From an uncultured delta proteobacterium (GTDB lineage Bacteria; Myxococcota; Myxococcia; Myxococcales; Myxococcaceae), in contig CAVYSY010000046.1 in NCBI GenBank assembly GCA_963771175.1, positions 229,475 through 293,474 on the forward strand: a stretch of DNA of 64,000 bases, read 5' to 3'. Each line of letters begins with the position of its first letter. The first letter of the stretch is position 1. This document shows, piece after piece, positions 39,245 to 49,786 of this stretch. Below the pieces are notes generated by a model. It saw only the letters and a list, made by a program, of their open reading frames with translations, was not told the DNA's origin and did no database searches. The position numbers and the translations under genes are program-made.

Positions 39245-40363
39245 TCAGTGTTCGGTCTTCCGAGGCGGCACCTCTGGGAACACGTCCGGCTCGATTACGT
39301 CCGCCGACTCGCGCAACAGCTCGGCCTCCTTCACGGCCACGAACACCTCCCGCGCCGCCTCCGGCCGCCCGTACGAGCGCCCCTGAACCACCAGGAACTC
39401 CCGGAGCGCGTCCCGCATTTCCAGTCCGGACTGGTAGCGCTCGGCTGGCTCCCGCCGGAGCGCCCGGTGCACCACGGCCCGCAGCGGCTCCGACACGCCC
39501 TGGACCGCCCGCTCCACGTCCTCCGGACCAAAACGCTCGATGCGCGCCGCCATCTCCCTGATGGGCACCCAGCTCGGCTCCTCGCACTGCACCTCCGTCA
39601 GCGCGGCGGACACCGGCCCGGGCTCCCGCGCCGCCAGCTCCACGTCTTCCAGGTCGAACAGGTGCCGGCCCGTGAGCAACTCCAGCAGCACCAGCCCCAG
39701 GGAGAACAGATCCGAGCGGTGATCCACCTTCTCCAAACGCATGCGCTCGGGAGACGCATAGGCGATGTCCCCGCGCAGCACGGAGGCCGTGGTGGACTCC
39801 CGCCCGGGGAGCAACGAGTACGCCACGCCGAAATCCACCAGCTTCACCTCACCGCTGGTCCCCACGCGGATGTTCTCCGGATTGACGTCCCGGTGGACGA
39901 TGCCCAGGGGCCGCCCGCGCTCGTCCGCCAGCGTGTGCGCATGGTGGAGCGCGTCCGCGACCTCGGACACCACATGGCAGACGAAGGCCTCGGACATGGG
40001 ACGCTGTCGCATGGCCGCGACGCTCAGAACCGTCTCCAGGGAGCGCCCCTCCACATGCTCCATCACCACATACGGCAGGCCCCCGTGCAGCACCAACTGG
40101 TACACCTTGGCGATGCCCGGATGATCGAGCCGGTATGCGAGCTGGACCTCCTCCTTCAGCCGCTGTTTCTGCTTTTCGTTGACCGGCCGCGACAGCCGCT
40201 TGATGAGGACGGAGCCCGCGGGCCCCTGGGCGTAGCGACGCCTGGCGAGCAGCACCTCGCCATTGCTCCGCCGCCCCAACTTACGAATGACTTCGTAGCG
40301 GGTCCCATCCACGGAGAACAGGAGCCGGGGGTGGTTCGAGGATTCGGGCCTGTCGATGGACAT
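39245..40363 (-). CDS. Ser/Thr protein kinase
   Basis: VLIK; EEVQL; HRDVNPEN; DFG; YASPE; DLFSLG. Confidence 0.9.
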   Translation of the reverse strand: MSIDRPESSNHPRLLFSVDGTRYEVIRKLGRRSNGEVLLARRRYAQGPAGSVLIKRLSRPVNEKQKQRLKEEVQLAYRLDHPGIAKVYQLVLHGGLPYVVMEHVEGRSLETVLSVAAMRQRPMSEAFVCHVVSEVADALHHAHTLADERGRPLGIVHRDVNPENIRVGTSGEVKLVDFGVAYSLLPGRESTTASVLRGDIAYASPERMRLEKVDHRSDLFSLGLVLLELLTGRHLFDLEDVELAAREPGPVSAALTEVQCEEPSWVPIREMAARIERFGPEDVERAVQGVSEPLRAVVHRALRREPAERYQSGLEMRDALREFLVVQGRSYGRPEAAREVFVAVKEAELLRESADVIEPDVFPEVPPRKTEH

Positions 40364-40511
40364 CTCGGGCTCTCCTTTGTGATGCACGCCAACGCCGCGC
40401 CAATGGAATACCGAAGGTAGGGCCCAGACGCCGAACCTCCAGCGTCAGCCACCCTACCAGACCGGCCTGACACGCCCGCCCGACCTCTCCCATGGGCAGA
40501 GGCGGAGGCCG

Positions 40512-41396
40512 TCAGTCCTGGTGCAGATCGCGGTCCTGGGCGCGCACCCGCTCGAGCACCTTCAAGTCCCTCTCCGTGGGCCCCAGCTCCAGGATGAGCC
40601 GGCTCACGTCGTAGAGGACCTCGCCCCGCTCGAACACGGGCACCCGGGGCACGTCGTTCATATTCAGGTCGTCCAGCGCCTTGTTGTACGCCGTGTCCAT
40701 CAGCGACCGGAGCTGGAACGAGTCATAGAGGTTGTATTCCACCAGGAAACGCAGCGCCTCCACGTCCCCGCGCGCGCGGTAGGCCCGCCACAGCAGTACC
40801 GCGTCCCACCCGTTCACGCCCTTCATGTGCGGCGGCCGTCCCAGCCCCAGCTTGTCTTCGAGATCCTTGAGCCCGCCGCTCATTCCCAGCCGCAGGCACA
40901 CGAAGCGCAGATCAATGTGCGCGTCCGGCTTTGGAAAGCCCTTGCCGAAGTAGTCGCGCAGCACCGGCACGTCGAAGCACGAGCCGTTGAACGTCACCCA
41001 CAGCCGCCGTTCCGCCATCGCCTCTGGCAGCGCGTCCATGTTCCGGCCCTGGATGAAGACGCGCAGGCCCGCGTCGTCGAACAGGGCCACCACCGTGGGG
41101 ACCTGCTCCTCTTTCCCGTCCGTTTCGATGTCGAAGTAGACCGCGTCGCGCGCGAACTCGGGGTACAGCCGCCAGTGCTCGCGCTGCGGCACCATGGCCG
41201 CCAGCCCCTTCAGATCGCGGCGCTCCAGGGCCTCGCGCGCCATCGTCAGCCGCTGGCGAGCCTTGTCGTCCAGCTTCTGGCCCAGCACCACCCCGGTCTC
41301 CGGGAAGTCATCCCAGCTCAGGATGCCCCGGGCCCAGAGGTCCTTCTCCCTCCAGGGACCCACGCCCGGAATGAGCTGGAACGTGCGCCGCAGCAT
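40512..41396 (-). CDS. RNase H-like (YprB/DEDD-type) exonuclease domain protein
   Basis: HhH-like IPGVGP; YFDIETDG; TFNGSCFDVP; HIDLR; GGLK; YNLYD. Confidence 0.82.
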   Translation of the reverse strand: MLRRTFQLIPGVGPWREKDLWARGILSWDDFPETGVVLGQKLDDKARQRLTMAREALERRDLKGLAAMVPQREHWRLYPEFARDAVYFDIETDGKEEQVPTVVALFDDAGLRVFIQGRNMDALPEAMAERRLWVTFNGSCFDVPVLRDYFGKGFPKPDAHIDLRFVCLRLGMSGGLKDLEDKLGLGRPPHMKGVNGWDAVLLWRAYRARGDVEALRFLVEYNLYDSFQLRSLMDTAYNKALDDLNMNDVPRVPVFERGEVLYDVSRLILELGPTERDLKVLERVRAQDRDLHQD

Positions 41397-41827
41397 CACT
41401 CCAGCGGACCCAGCCTGCCCGCCACCAGGTCCTCCAGGGGCGGAATGTCCGCCTCGCAGAACGGCAGCGCCTGCATCTCCGCCGGCGTCAGGAACGCCAG
41501 GGCGTTGGCTCCCAGTGTCTTCGGCTCCCCCGAGCGCAGCCGGGCCGCGTACAGCACCAGCTCCACCGTCAGGTCCGAATACGCGTGTCTCCCCGCCCAT
41601 AGCCGCCTCCCCACGAGGAGCTCCACATCCAGCTCCTCCCGGCACTCACGAGCCAGCGCCTCCGGCTCGGACTCCCCGGGCTCCACCTTCCCGCCCGGGA
41701 ACTCCCAGAGCAACCCCCGGCTCCCTCCCGGCAGCCGCTGCTGCACCAGGAACCGCGAGTCATCCCCGGGCTTCACAATGAGGGCGGCCACCACGCGGAC
41801 CGTCCTCTTCGGTGCTCCCTGCGTCAA
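41396..41827 (-). CDS. MutT-like NUDIX hydrolase
   Basis: WEFPGGKVEPGESEPEALARECREEL Nudix box. Confidence 0.87.
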   Translation of the reverse strand: MTQGAPKRTVRVVAALIVKPGDDSRFLVQQRLPGGSRGLLWEFPGGKVEPGESEPEALARECREELDVELLVGRRLWAGRHAYSDLTVELVLYAARLRSGEPKTLGANALAFLTPAEMQALPFCEADIPPLEDLVAGRLGPLE

Positions 41828-42981
41828 CCACTCCTCCCATCCAGCCGGAGGGCGTACAGGTACCCGTTGTTCGACAGCACGTACATCTTCGCGCCCACCA
41901 CCCGCGGCGTGGCCGAGATGCCATCCCCCGGGTTCCACGCCAGTTGCGACTTCCCCGTCCGCGGGTCCACGAAGAGCAGCGAGCGCTGTGCCGGCACCAG
42001 GATCATCCCCTTGACCAACACCGGCTCGAACCCGGCCCGTTCCTGGAGGGTTTGCGACCAGAGGAGCTTCCCTGTGTCCGTCAGGTAGGCATCCAGGCGA
42101 TCATCCCCCGTGGCGACGACCACCCCTCCATGTACCAGCACCGAGGTGATGCCCTGGGCCACCGAGTTCCACACCACGTCGCCCGTCTCGGCGTCGAGCG
42201 CGTAGAGGCCGCCCGAGTACGACGCGGCGTAGACGTGGCCCGACTCGTCCAGCGCGGGCGTGGTGTCCACGTCCACGAACTGACCGCCGCTCGGGGCCAG
42301 CGACCTCTCCCACCGCAGGCCGCCGTCCGCCAGCTCCAGCGACACCAGCGTGCCGTCGGAGAAGCCCACCCAGACCGCCTCCCCGCGCACCGCTGGCGCG
42401 GAGGCCCGGTGGATGGTGAAGCCCGTGGGCGGATCCCTCCGGTACAGCCACGCCAGCTCGCCCGTGCCGCGCTTCACCGCGAACAGGGTGTCGCTCTGCG
42501 AGGCCACCAGCACCAGGTCGCCCGCGAGCACCGGCGCCGTCGCCAGCTCCTCGCCAGCCGGGTACTTCCACTTCGGCTCGCCCGTCTTCGCGTCCAGCGC
42601 GTACAGCACACCGTCCGCGCCAGGAACGTAGACGAGGCCGTCCTCCACCGTCGCGCCGGCGAAGAACCGGTTGCCGACCCGGAACCTCCATGCCACCTCG
42701 CCACCCGAGGCCACGCTGCGCACGAAGCCGTCCCGGGTGAGCGTGATGACGCGCTCGTTCTTCGCGTCGTACGCCGGCTGCGCGAACTCACGCGGCGCGT
42801 ACTCGAGCAACGTGGGGCTGACGAGCTGCGTCCACCAATCCACCGAGAAGAAGTGGTGTGGCGGCTGCTGCGCGGCGGAGGTGGCCGGGTTGCCATATAC
42901 CGGCACCACGCTGCATGCACCGAGCAGGCTCGCCGCCGCGAACCCACCCACCCAACGCTTCCACCCGCTCGCGATGCGCAT
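41824..42981 (-). CDS. bamB: PQQ-repeat beta-propeller lipoprotein, BamB-like
   Basis: Lipobox LGAC; repeated YALDA.TG..W motifs; adjacent to yfgM and der. Confidence 0.75.
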   Translation of the reverse strand: MRIASGWKRWVGGFAAASLLGACSVVPVYGNPATSAAQQPPHHFFSVDWWTQLVSPTLLEYAPREFAQPAYDAKNERVITLTRDGFVRSVASGGEVAWRFRVGNRFFAGATVEDGLVYVPGADGVLYALDAKTGEPKWKYPAGEELATAPVLAGDLVLVASQSDTLFAVKRGTGELAWLYRRDPPTGFTIHRASAPAVRGEAVWVGFSDGTLVSLELADGGLRWERSLAPSGGQFVDVDTTPALDESGHVYAASYSGGLYALDAETGDVVWNSVAQGITSVLVHGGVVVATGDDRLDAYLTDTGKLLWSQTLQERAGFEPVLVKGMILVPAQRSLLFVDPRTGKSQLAWNPGDGISATPRVVGAKMYVLSNNGYLYALRLDGRSG

Positions 42982-42991
42982 AAGCCAGCGA

Positions 42992-43798
42992 TTACCCCGC
43001 GTCCTGCTGGGCGGTCGCCGGAGGCGTCTTCGGCTCGGGCACCTTCACGCCCTGCGCCGCCAGCACCGCCAGCCGCTCCGTGGCCAGCCGGCCCGCCGCC
43101 GTGTTCGCCTGGGAAGACTTCAGATCCGCCAGGACCTGCGCCGCCTCGTCCTTCTTGCCCTGCTGCACGAGGATGCGCGCCTGGTGGTACAGCCCCATCC
43201 CCTGCAGGTAGTCACCCGACTCCACCTTCGCCATCCCCTTGAAGGCCTCGAGTGCCTGATCCAACTGTCCCTTCGCCTCGTAGGCGTAGCCCTGGCCCTC
43301 ATAGGCCGCGGCCAGCAGCGGATCGTTCTTCGGGGCGTCCTTGATGAAGTCGCCGAAGGCGGCCAGCGCGCCGTCAGGGTTGCCCAGCCGATACTCGGCC
43401 TTGCCCAGGGGCAGCGCAGCCGTCACCGCGGCCTCCGTGCCCTTGTGCTGCGCGCGGAAGTCGGTGAGCGACTTGACGATGGCCTGGTCCTTCTCCTGCT
43501 GGGACTTGAAGGGGGGCTCCTCGCCCGGGGGGGCCTGCAGCTCGGTCCCCTCCACCACCGGCCGATCCAGCACCGCCAAGGACTGGCCGAGCGCCTTGGA
43601 CGCCTGCATCTCGCTCCGGGTGGAGAAGTAGTGCACGACCGCGGCGATCAGCCCGCCCACCAGGAGCACCGCCACCGCGGTCCCGATGATCTCCCGGCGC
43701 TTCATCAGCCAGTCGCTCGCCTCGGCGCCGTAAAGCTGGAAGGCATCGGGCGCACGGAGCTCCTGCTTCGTCATCTTCTTCTCGGACTTCTCGGCCAC
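42992..43798 (-). CDS. yfgM: YfgM-like membrane-anchored TPR protein
   Basis: Single N-terminal TM plus TPR helices; der-yfgM-bamB synteny. Confidence 0.7.
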   Translation of the reverse strand: MAEKSEKKMTKQELRAPDAFQLYGAEASDWLMKRREIIGTAVAVLLVGGLIAAVVHYFSTRSEMQASKALGQSLAVLDRPVVEGTELQAPPGEEPPFKSQQEKDQAIVKSLTDFRAQHKGTEAAVTAALPLGKAEYRLGNPDGALAAFGDFIKDAPKNDPLLAAAYEGQGYAYEAKGQLDQALEAFKGMAKVESGDYLQGMGLYHQARILVQQGKKDEAAQVLADLKSSQANTAAGRLATERLAVLAAQGVKVPEPKTPPATAQQDAG

Positions 43799-43837
43799 GG
43801 TGGTTCGTCCCTCTCTACACAGAGTCGAAGGGCGCGC

Positions 43838-43867
43838 AATCTACGGAGCGCGCACCGGCAGTGTCAA
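43838..43867 (-). promoter_or_regulatory. Putative promoter of yfgM-bamB
   Basis: TTGACA-N18-TAGATT on the minus strand. Confidence 0.5.
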
Positions 43868-43879
43868 CGCGGACGACCC

Positions 43880-45352
43880 TCAATGCTTCCGGGCCACCTT
43901 GTTCGGCCTCTTGCGCGCGGCGCGCTTGGCCTGGCCCGGTCGGTCCCGGAACAGCATCCGGATGGGCACCCGCAGATCAAAGGTCTTCCGCAGCTGGTTG
44001 GTGATGTAGCGCTTGTACATGTCCGGCACCGCGTCCGGCCGGTTGCACGTGAGCGCGAAGGTGGGCGGCGCCGTGCCCACCTGGGCCATGTAGTACACCC
44101 GGAGCGGCCCGCGTCCCACGATGGGCGCCGGATGGTTCTCGTCGATGTGCTTCAGCAGCCGGTTGAGCTGCGGCGTGGGCGCCCGGTAGCGGAACTGGTC
44201 CGCCAGCTCCACCGCCAGCTCCAGCACCTTCTCCACCTTCGACCCGGTGAGCGCCGAGGTGAACACGATGGGCGCGTACCCCACGAACTTCAGCGAGTGC
44301 TTGAGATCCTCGCGGAAGAGCTCCTGCTTGCGCTGATCCGTGCTGATCAGATCCCACTTGTTCACCACGATGACCAGCGCGCGGCCCTTCTCCTCGGCGA
44401 TGCCGGCCAGCTTCGCGTCCTGGTCCACCGCCGGCTCCGTGGCGTCCATCAACAGCACCGCCACGTCGCTGCGCTCCATCGCCTTGAGCGCCGCCACCAC
44501 CGAGAACTGCTCCACCCGGTGCGCGATCGTCTTCTTGCGCCGGATGCCCGCGGTGTCCGTCAGGATGAGCTGGCGATTCTTGTACGTGAGCTCCGAGTCG
44601 ATGGGATCTCTCGTGGTGCCCGGCACCTCGCTGGCCACCACCCGCTTCTCCTTCAGCAGCGCGTTGACCAGGGTGCTCTTGCCCACGTTGGGCCGGCCGA
44701 TGATGGCCACCCGGATGGGGCGCTCCTCCTCCGGCTCCTCCTCGGCGGGCGCCTCCTCCTCCACGCCCTCCTCGCCCCACTCCGCCCGATCCTCGGCAGC
44801 CTTCTCGGCCTTCTCGGCCCGAGCCTTGGCGGCCAGCTCCTCGGGAGACAGGGGCGGCAGCTTGCCCACCACCGCCTCCATCATCGTCCCCACCCCGAGA
44901 CCATGCTCGGCGGAGATGGGGAACACATCTCCCAGCCCCATCCGGAAGAACTCGCTGGCGTGCGCCTGGAGGGTCTGCGACTCGCTGTCCAGCTTGTTGG
45001 CGGCCACCACCACCGGCTTGCCACTCTGGCGCAGGTAGTTGGCCACCTCCTGATCCGCGGTGGTGAGACCGGCGCGGGCGTCCGTCACGAAGATGATGGC
45101 GTCACACTCCTCCACCGCGAGCTGCGCCTGTTCGCGCACCTGCTGCAGGAGCGAGTCCTTCTCGCCGGGCACGAAGCCGCCCGTGTCGATGACGGTGAGC
45201 TCGCGATCCTCGTACTCCACGTCCCAGTAATGCCGATCCCGGGTCACCCCGGGCACGTCCTCCACCAGCGCGATGCGGCGCCGGGCGAGGCGATTGAAGA
45301 GCGTGGACTTGCCCACGTTGGGGCGACCCACGATTGCGACCAGAGGCTTCAT
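43880..45352 (-). CDS. der: Ribosome biogenesis GTPase Der (EngA)
   Basis: Two GRPNVGKST G-domains; DTGG/DTAG; NKLD/NKWD; KH-like tail. Confidence 0.97.
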   Translation of the reverse strand: MKPLVAIVGRPNVGKSTLFNRLARRRIALVEDVPGVTRDRHYWDVEYEDRELTVIDTGGFVPGEKDSLLQQVREQAQLAVEECDAIIFVTDARAGLTTADQEVANYLRQSGKPVVVAANKLDSESQTLQAHASEFFRMGLGDVFPISAEHGLGVGTMMEAVVGKLPPLSPEELAAKARAEKAEKAAEDRAEWGEEGVEEEAPAEEEPEEERPIRVAIIGRPNVGKSTLVNALLKEKRVVASEVPGTTRDPIDSELTYKNRQLILTDTAGIRRKKTIAHRVEQFSVVAALKAMERSDVAVLLMDATEPAVDQDAKLAGIAEEKGRALVIVVNKWDLISTDQRKQELFREDLKHSLKFVGYAPIVFTSALTGSKVEKVLELAVELADQFRYRAPTPQLNRLLKHIDENHPAPIVGRGPLRVYYMAQVGTAPPTFALTCNRPDAVPDMYKRYITNQLRKTFDLRVPIRMLFRDRPGQAKRAARKRPNKVARKH

Positions 45353-45369
45353 GGCTTCCTACTTCCTGA

Positions 45370-46311
45370 CTACTCGTAACCCAACTTCTTGAGGCCCTCG
45401 GGACGCTCGCTCCAGCGAGGCTCCACCCGGACCCGTAGCGAGAGGTACACGTGCGCCCCCAGCAACCGCTGGATGGATTTGCGCGCGTCCGTCCCGATCG
45501 TCTTCAGCATCTGCCCCTGCTTGCCGATGATGATGGCCTTCTGGCTGTCGCGCTCCACGTAGATGGAGGCGGCAATCCGGATGAGGCCGGCAAGCTTGCC
45601 GGGGGGCGTTCCAGGCGGTGGCTCGCGCTCGGACTCGTCGAAGAAGTCCACCAGCACCGCCGTGGAGTACGGAATCTCCTGCCGGCAGTGCCGCAGCACC
45701 TGCTCGCGGATGTACTCCGCCACCAGCGTCTTCTCCGCCTGGTCCGTCAGCACGTCCTCGGGGAAGAGCTGCTCTCCCTCCGGCAAGTGCTGGAGCACCG
45801 ACTGGAAGAGCTGCTCCACCCCGTCATCCTCCCGAGCGGAGATGGGCACCACCTCCGCGAAGGGGAATTCCCGGCGGTACAGGTCGATGAGCGGCAGCAG
45901 CACCTGCTTGGGCACCGAGTCGATCTTGTTGATGACCAGGAAGGTGGGCTTCTTCGACTTCTGCAGCCGCTCGAGGATGAAGCGGTTGCCCGGACCCACC
46001 CCAGGCGTCTCGGAGGGCGTCGGCTCGATGACGAAGAGGACCAGGTCCACCTCGTCCACCGCCTGCAGGGCGATGTCCACCATGTAGCGGTTGAGCTCGC
46101 CCTTGGCCTGATGGATGCCGGGCGTGTCGAGGAAGGCCACCTGCCCCTCCGGCCGGGTCACCACCCCCAGAATCCGATTCCGGGTGGTCTGCGGTTTGGG
46201 AGAGACGATGGCGAGCTTCTCGCCGGTAAGTTGATTGAGCAGCGTGCTCTTGCCCACGTTGGGGCGGCCAATGAGCGCGGCGAACCCGCTGCGGTGTTTC
46301 TGTGGAGGCAT
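45370..46311 (-). CDS. era: GTPase Era
   Basis: GRPNVGKSTLLN; KPQTTR; DTPG; NKID; EIPY; IIIGKQG KH domain. Confidence 0.97.
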   Translation of the reverse strand: MPPQKHRSGFAALIGRPNVGKSTLLNQLTGEKLAIVSPKPQTTRNRILGVVTRPEGQVAFLDTPGIHQAKGELNRYMVDIALQAVDEVDLVLFVIEPTPSETPGVGPGNRFILERLQKSKKPTFLVINKIDSVPKQVLLPLIDLYRREFPFAEVVPISAREDDGVEQLFQSVLQHLPEGEQLFPEDVLTDQAEKTLVAEYIREQVLRHCRQEIPYSTAVLVDFFDESEREPPPGTPPGKLAGLIRIAASIYVERDSQKAIIIGKQGQMLKTIGTDARKSIQRLLGAHVYLSLRVRVEPRWSERPEGLKKLGYE

Positions 46312-46451
46312 CTGAAGCTTCTGAAGGTCGAAGGTGATCTGGAGGTCCCCTCTTCAGGAGACCCCAGAAACTACGCAACTACATAAGACGTCCGGCCCAT
46401 CCATGCCTTATGGGGGCAGGCAGGCAACCGCCTCCTGGGCGGTCTGGACGG

Positions 46452-47009
46452 CTAGCCCTGCGCGGCGGTCGGGATGGTCAGCTTGTTGATCTTCACGTCC
46501 GTTCGCGGCCGGTCGCCCGGGCCCTTGGGAATCTCATTGGCGATGCGATCGGCGATGTCCTGGCCCTTCACGACCTCGCCGAAGATGGTGTGCCGGTTGG
46601 TGAGGTGCGGCGTCGGCACGACCGTGATGAAGAACTGGCTACCGTTGGTGTTCGGACCGGCGTTGGCCATGGCCAGCAGGCCCTTCCTGTCGAAACGGCG
46701 GCCGCTCTGGAACTCATCCTTGAACTTGTACCCCGGACCGCCCGTGCCCCGGCCGAGCGGATCCCCACCCTGAATCATGAAATCCCCGATGCAGCGGTGG
46801 AAGATCGTCCCGTCGTAGAGCGGCTTGCCCGTCATGCGCTCGTTCGTAGCCGGGTGCGTCCACTCCTTCTCCCCCGTGGCCAGCCCCACGAAGTTCTGCA
46901 CCGTCTCCGGCGCGTCCTTCGCGAAGAGCTTCACCACGATCTGACCTTCCGTCGTATCGAAGGTGGCGTAGAGATCCTTGCCCGCACGCGCCTCGTCCAT
47001 CATTCCCAT
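46452..47009 (-). CDS. Cyclophilin-type peptidyl-prolyl isomerase
   Basis: FHRCIGDFMIQGGDP; LAMANAGPNTNGSQFFIT; HTIFGEV. Confidence 0.93.
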   Translation of the reverse strand: MGMMDEARAGKDLYATFDTTEGQIVVKLFAKDAPETVQNFVGLATGEKEWTHPATNERMTGKPLYDGTIFHRCIGDFMIQGGDPLGRGTGGPGYKFKDEFQSGRRFDRKGLLAMANAGPNTNGSQFFITVVPTPHLTNRHTIFGEVVKGQDIADRIANEIPKGPGDRPRTDVKINKLTIPTAAQG

Positions 47010-47087
47010 GGATACCTCCCGGGTCTAAACCCACTAGCGGATGGGCGCGGGACCTTATTCGCCACCTCCAGGGCGGCCAAGCAGTTT

Positions 47088-47861
47088 TCAGGCCGGGGTG
47101 TCGTCCTTTGGACCCGAGACGGGTGCCGGAGGTGCCTCCTGCCCCGGCTTCTCGCCCCGGTCCATCATCTCCAGGGAGAGCCGGGCGGCGACCTGCTCGG
47201 CGTCCTTCTTGCTGCGGCCGCTGGCGCGCCCGTACACGTCCGTGCCCAGCACCACCTCCACCTCGAAGACCTTTTCGTGGTCCGGGCCCGTCTCGGAGAC
47301 GATCTGATAGCGGGGCGTCAGCTTGAGCCGCTCCTGCGCCGCCTCCTGCAGCTTCGTCTTGTAGTCCTGGCGGCTGAGCGCCTGCGCCACTCCCTCCAGC
47401 GCCTCGGCGAAGTGCCGATCCACCAGCGCCATCACCGGCTCCAGCCCGGAGCACAGGTACACGGCGGCGAAGACGGCCTCCACCGCGTTGGCCAGCAGCG
47501 AGCTCTTGTCCCGGCCGCCGCTCAGCTCCTCGCCCCGCCCGAGCTGCAGCAGATCGCCCAACTCCAGCCGCCGGGCGATGCGCGAGAGGCCCTCCTCGTT
47601 GACGATGCGGGCGCGCAGCGGCGTGAGCTCCCCCTCCTTCATCTGGGGAAAGCGCTCCATCAGCCGGTGGCCCACGGCCAGGTTCAGCACCGCGTCCCCG
47701 AGGAACTCCAGCCGCTCGTTGTCCTGGAAGCCCTCGCCCCGGTGTTCGTTCACCCAGCTCTTGTGGGTGAGCGCGGTGAGGGCCAGCTCGGGCCGCGGGA
47801 ACGTCGTCCCGAGCCGCTCCTCCAGGGCCTTCACGCGCTCGGCGGGTAGTAGCTTGGCCAC
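47088..47861 (-). CDS. rnc: Ribonuclease III
   Basis: ALTHKS; NERLEFLGDAVL signature; dsRBD DYKTKLQE…GPDH…SKKDAEQ. Confidence 0.97.
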   Translation of the reverse strand: MAKLLPAERVKALEERLGTTFPRPELALTALTHKSWVNEHRGEGFQDNERLEFLGDAVLNLAVGHRLMERFPQMKEGELTPLRARIVNEEGLSRIARRLELGDLLQLGRGEELSGGRDKSSLLANAVEAVFAAVYLCSGLEPVMALVDRHFAEALEGVAQALSRQDYKTKLQEAAQERLKLTPRYQIVSETGPDHEKVFEVEVVLGTDVYGRASGRSKKDAEQVAARLSLEMMDRGEKPGQEAPPAPVSGPKDDTPA

Positions 47862-47864
47862 GGG

Positions 47865-48902
47865 CTACTCCGCGAGCTGGCTCGCGAGCTCCTCGGCGAG
47901 CGCGTAGGGATCCGCCTGGCGCTCCGCGATGCGCCCGGCCACCTCGTCCAACTGCCCCCGCTCCCGCTCCAGCCGCGCCAGCGCGCTGCGCAGCAGCCGC
48001 TCGCGCAGCAGGGCCACGAACTGCGCCGCCGCCCGGGTACGCTCCTTCTCCTTGCGCTGGCCCGTCTCCTCCAGGAAGGCCCGGTGCTCGTCGATCGTCT
48101 TCACCAGCACGTCCACGCCCGTGTCCCTCGCGGCCATCACCTTGAGGATGGGCGGCTCCCACTCGCGAGGTCCGGCCGGCTCCTCCACGTGTTTGCCCTC
48201 GGCCTTGGCGAGCACCATCCGGTGGTGGGCGTCATGGTCCATGGGCGGCGCCTTCACCGCGTGGCGCAGCTCCAGCATCATCCGCAGCTCGCGCACCACC
48301 CGGTCCGCCCCGTCCAGGTCGGCCTTGTTCACCGCGAAGATGTCCGCCACCTCGAGGATGCCCGCCTTGATGGCCTGGATGTCATCGCCCATGCCCGGCA
48401 CCGTCACCACGATGGTGGTGTGCGCCATCTGGGCGATGTCGATCTCGTCCTGCCCCACGCCCACCGTCTCCACGATGATGACGTCGCGCCCCATGGCGTC
48501 CATCACCCGGATGCAGTCGCCCGTGGCGCGCGACAGGCCGCCCAGGTGCCCGCGCGTGGCCAGCGAGCGGATGAAGACGCCCGGATCCGTCGCGTGGTCC
48601 TGCATGCGGATGCGATCCCCGAGGATGGCGCCTCCCGTGAAGGGGCTCGTGGGGTCCACCGCGATGACGCCCACCGTCCTGCCCGACTTGCGCAGGTGCG
48701 CGATGAGCCGGTCGGTCAGCGTGGACTTGCCCGCCCCCGGCGAACCGGTGATGCCGATGATGTAGGCCCGCCCCGTCTTGGGGAACAGCTCGCGCAGGGC
48801 CTCGGTGGCCTCCGGCTCGCCGTCATCGATGTTGCGCATCAGGCGCGATGCGGCCCGCACATCGCCCTGCAGAACCCTCTCGGAAAGACTCGGCTTGGCC
48901 AA
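47865..48902 (-). CDS. meaB: Methylmalonyl-CoA mutase-associated GTPase MeaB/ArgK
   Basis: GITGSPGAGKST; DPTSPFTGGAILGDRIRM; ETVGVGQDE; GDDIQAIKAG; NKAD. Confidence 0.92.
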   Translation of the reverse strand: MAKPSLSERVLQGDVRAASRLMRNIDDGEPEATEALRELFPKTGRAYIIGITGSPGAGKSTLTDRLIAHLRKSGRTVGVIAVDPTSPFTGGAILGDRIRMQDHATDPGVFIRSLATRGHLGGLSRATGDCIRVMDAMGRDVIIVETVGVGQDEIDIAQMAHTTIVVTVPGMGDDIQAIKAGILEVADIFAVNKADLDGADRVVRELRMMLELRHAVKAPPMDHDAHHRMVLAKAEGKHVEEPAGPREWEPPILKVMAARDTGVDVLVKTIDEHRAFLEETGQRKEKERTRAAAQFVALLRERLLRSALARLERERGQLDEVAGRIAERQADPYALAEELASQLAE

Positions 48903-48907
48903 AACCC

Positions 48908-49786
48908 TTACTCCTGTGGAGCGTCCGCGCCGACCAGCTTCACGGCCTCGGGGGAGACCTTCAGCAGGCCCGCCACCAGCGGAACGACTCCGGGGAAATC
49001 ATCCAATTCGAAACGCTCCGCCCACACCTTCCCCTGCGCTCCGGCCAGCAGCCCCCGGAAGGTGCGGCCCGCCACGCGGGCCGCGGCGAAACGGTACGGC
49101 CGGCCCTCCACCTCGAGCTGCACCAGCAGCTCCAGGCCGCTGCGCGGAGGCACCACCGCCCCCTCCCCGAAGGCCTGGACGACCTCCGAGAAATGCACCA
49201 GCCCCTCCCCTACCGCCGCTGCCTGCCCCCGGGCCGCCTCGCCGGCCCCGGTCTGCTCTCCGAAGAGGGCCGCCAGGTAGCCCACCAGCGCGCCGCGCTC
49301 TCGGAACTCGGACAGCTCGAAGGTGTGCGCGGGGGGCACGGGCAGGGACTGCCCCTCCCGCGTCGCGCGCGCCACCCGGAAGTTGCCCTGACGATCCGCC
49401 ACCAGCGTCAGCACCAACCCGGCCTCGGACACCTCGGTGGACAGCACCAGCGACCCCGGATCCACCTGGGGACTCAGCCCCAGGGCCCGCAGCTCCGCCG
49501 AGCGACGCTGCACGTGGAAGAGGTGCTCATTGAAGGCGTCCGCCAGCTCCGCCTCCAGGGCCGCGGAGCCCATCACCGCGCCCAACGTGATGGGGCGCAA
49601 CCCCACCACCTCCGGCGGCGCCATGGGCACCAGCCGCTCCCCCTGCACCCGGAAGTCCACCCGATCCACCTTGACGGGACTCACCGGGTTGTCGAGAGGC
49701 GTGTTCAGGACGAAGGTCGCCTCCAGGCGCTCGCCCTCGCCCCGGATCTCCAGTCCGAGTTGTCGCAGCCGGGCCGAGTCCATCAC
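48908..49786 (-). CDS. Hypothetical protein
   Basis: Intact ORF coupled to neighbours (overlaps the upstream stop). Confidence 0.65.
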   Translation of the reverse strand: MMDSARLRQLGLEIRGEGERLEATFVLNTPLDNPVSPVKVDRVDFRVQGERLVPMAPPEVVGLRPITLGAVMGSAALEAELADAFNEHLFHVQRRSAELRALGLSPQVDPGSLVLSTEVSEAGLVLTLVADRQGNFRVARATREGQSLPVPPAHTFELSEFRERGALVGYLAALFGEQTGAGEAARGQAAAVGEGLVHFSEVVQAFGEGAVVPPRSGLELLVQLEVEGRPYRFAAARVAGRTFRGLLAGAQGKVWAERFELDDFPGVVPLVAGLLKVSPEAVKLVGADAPQE

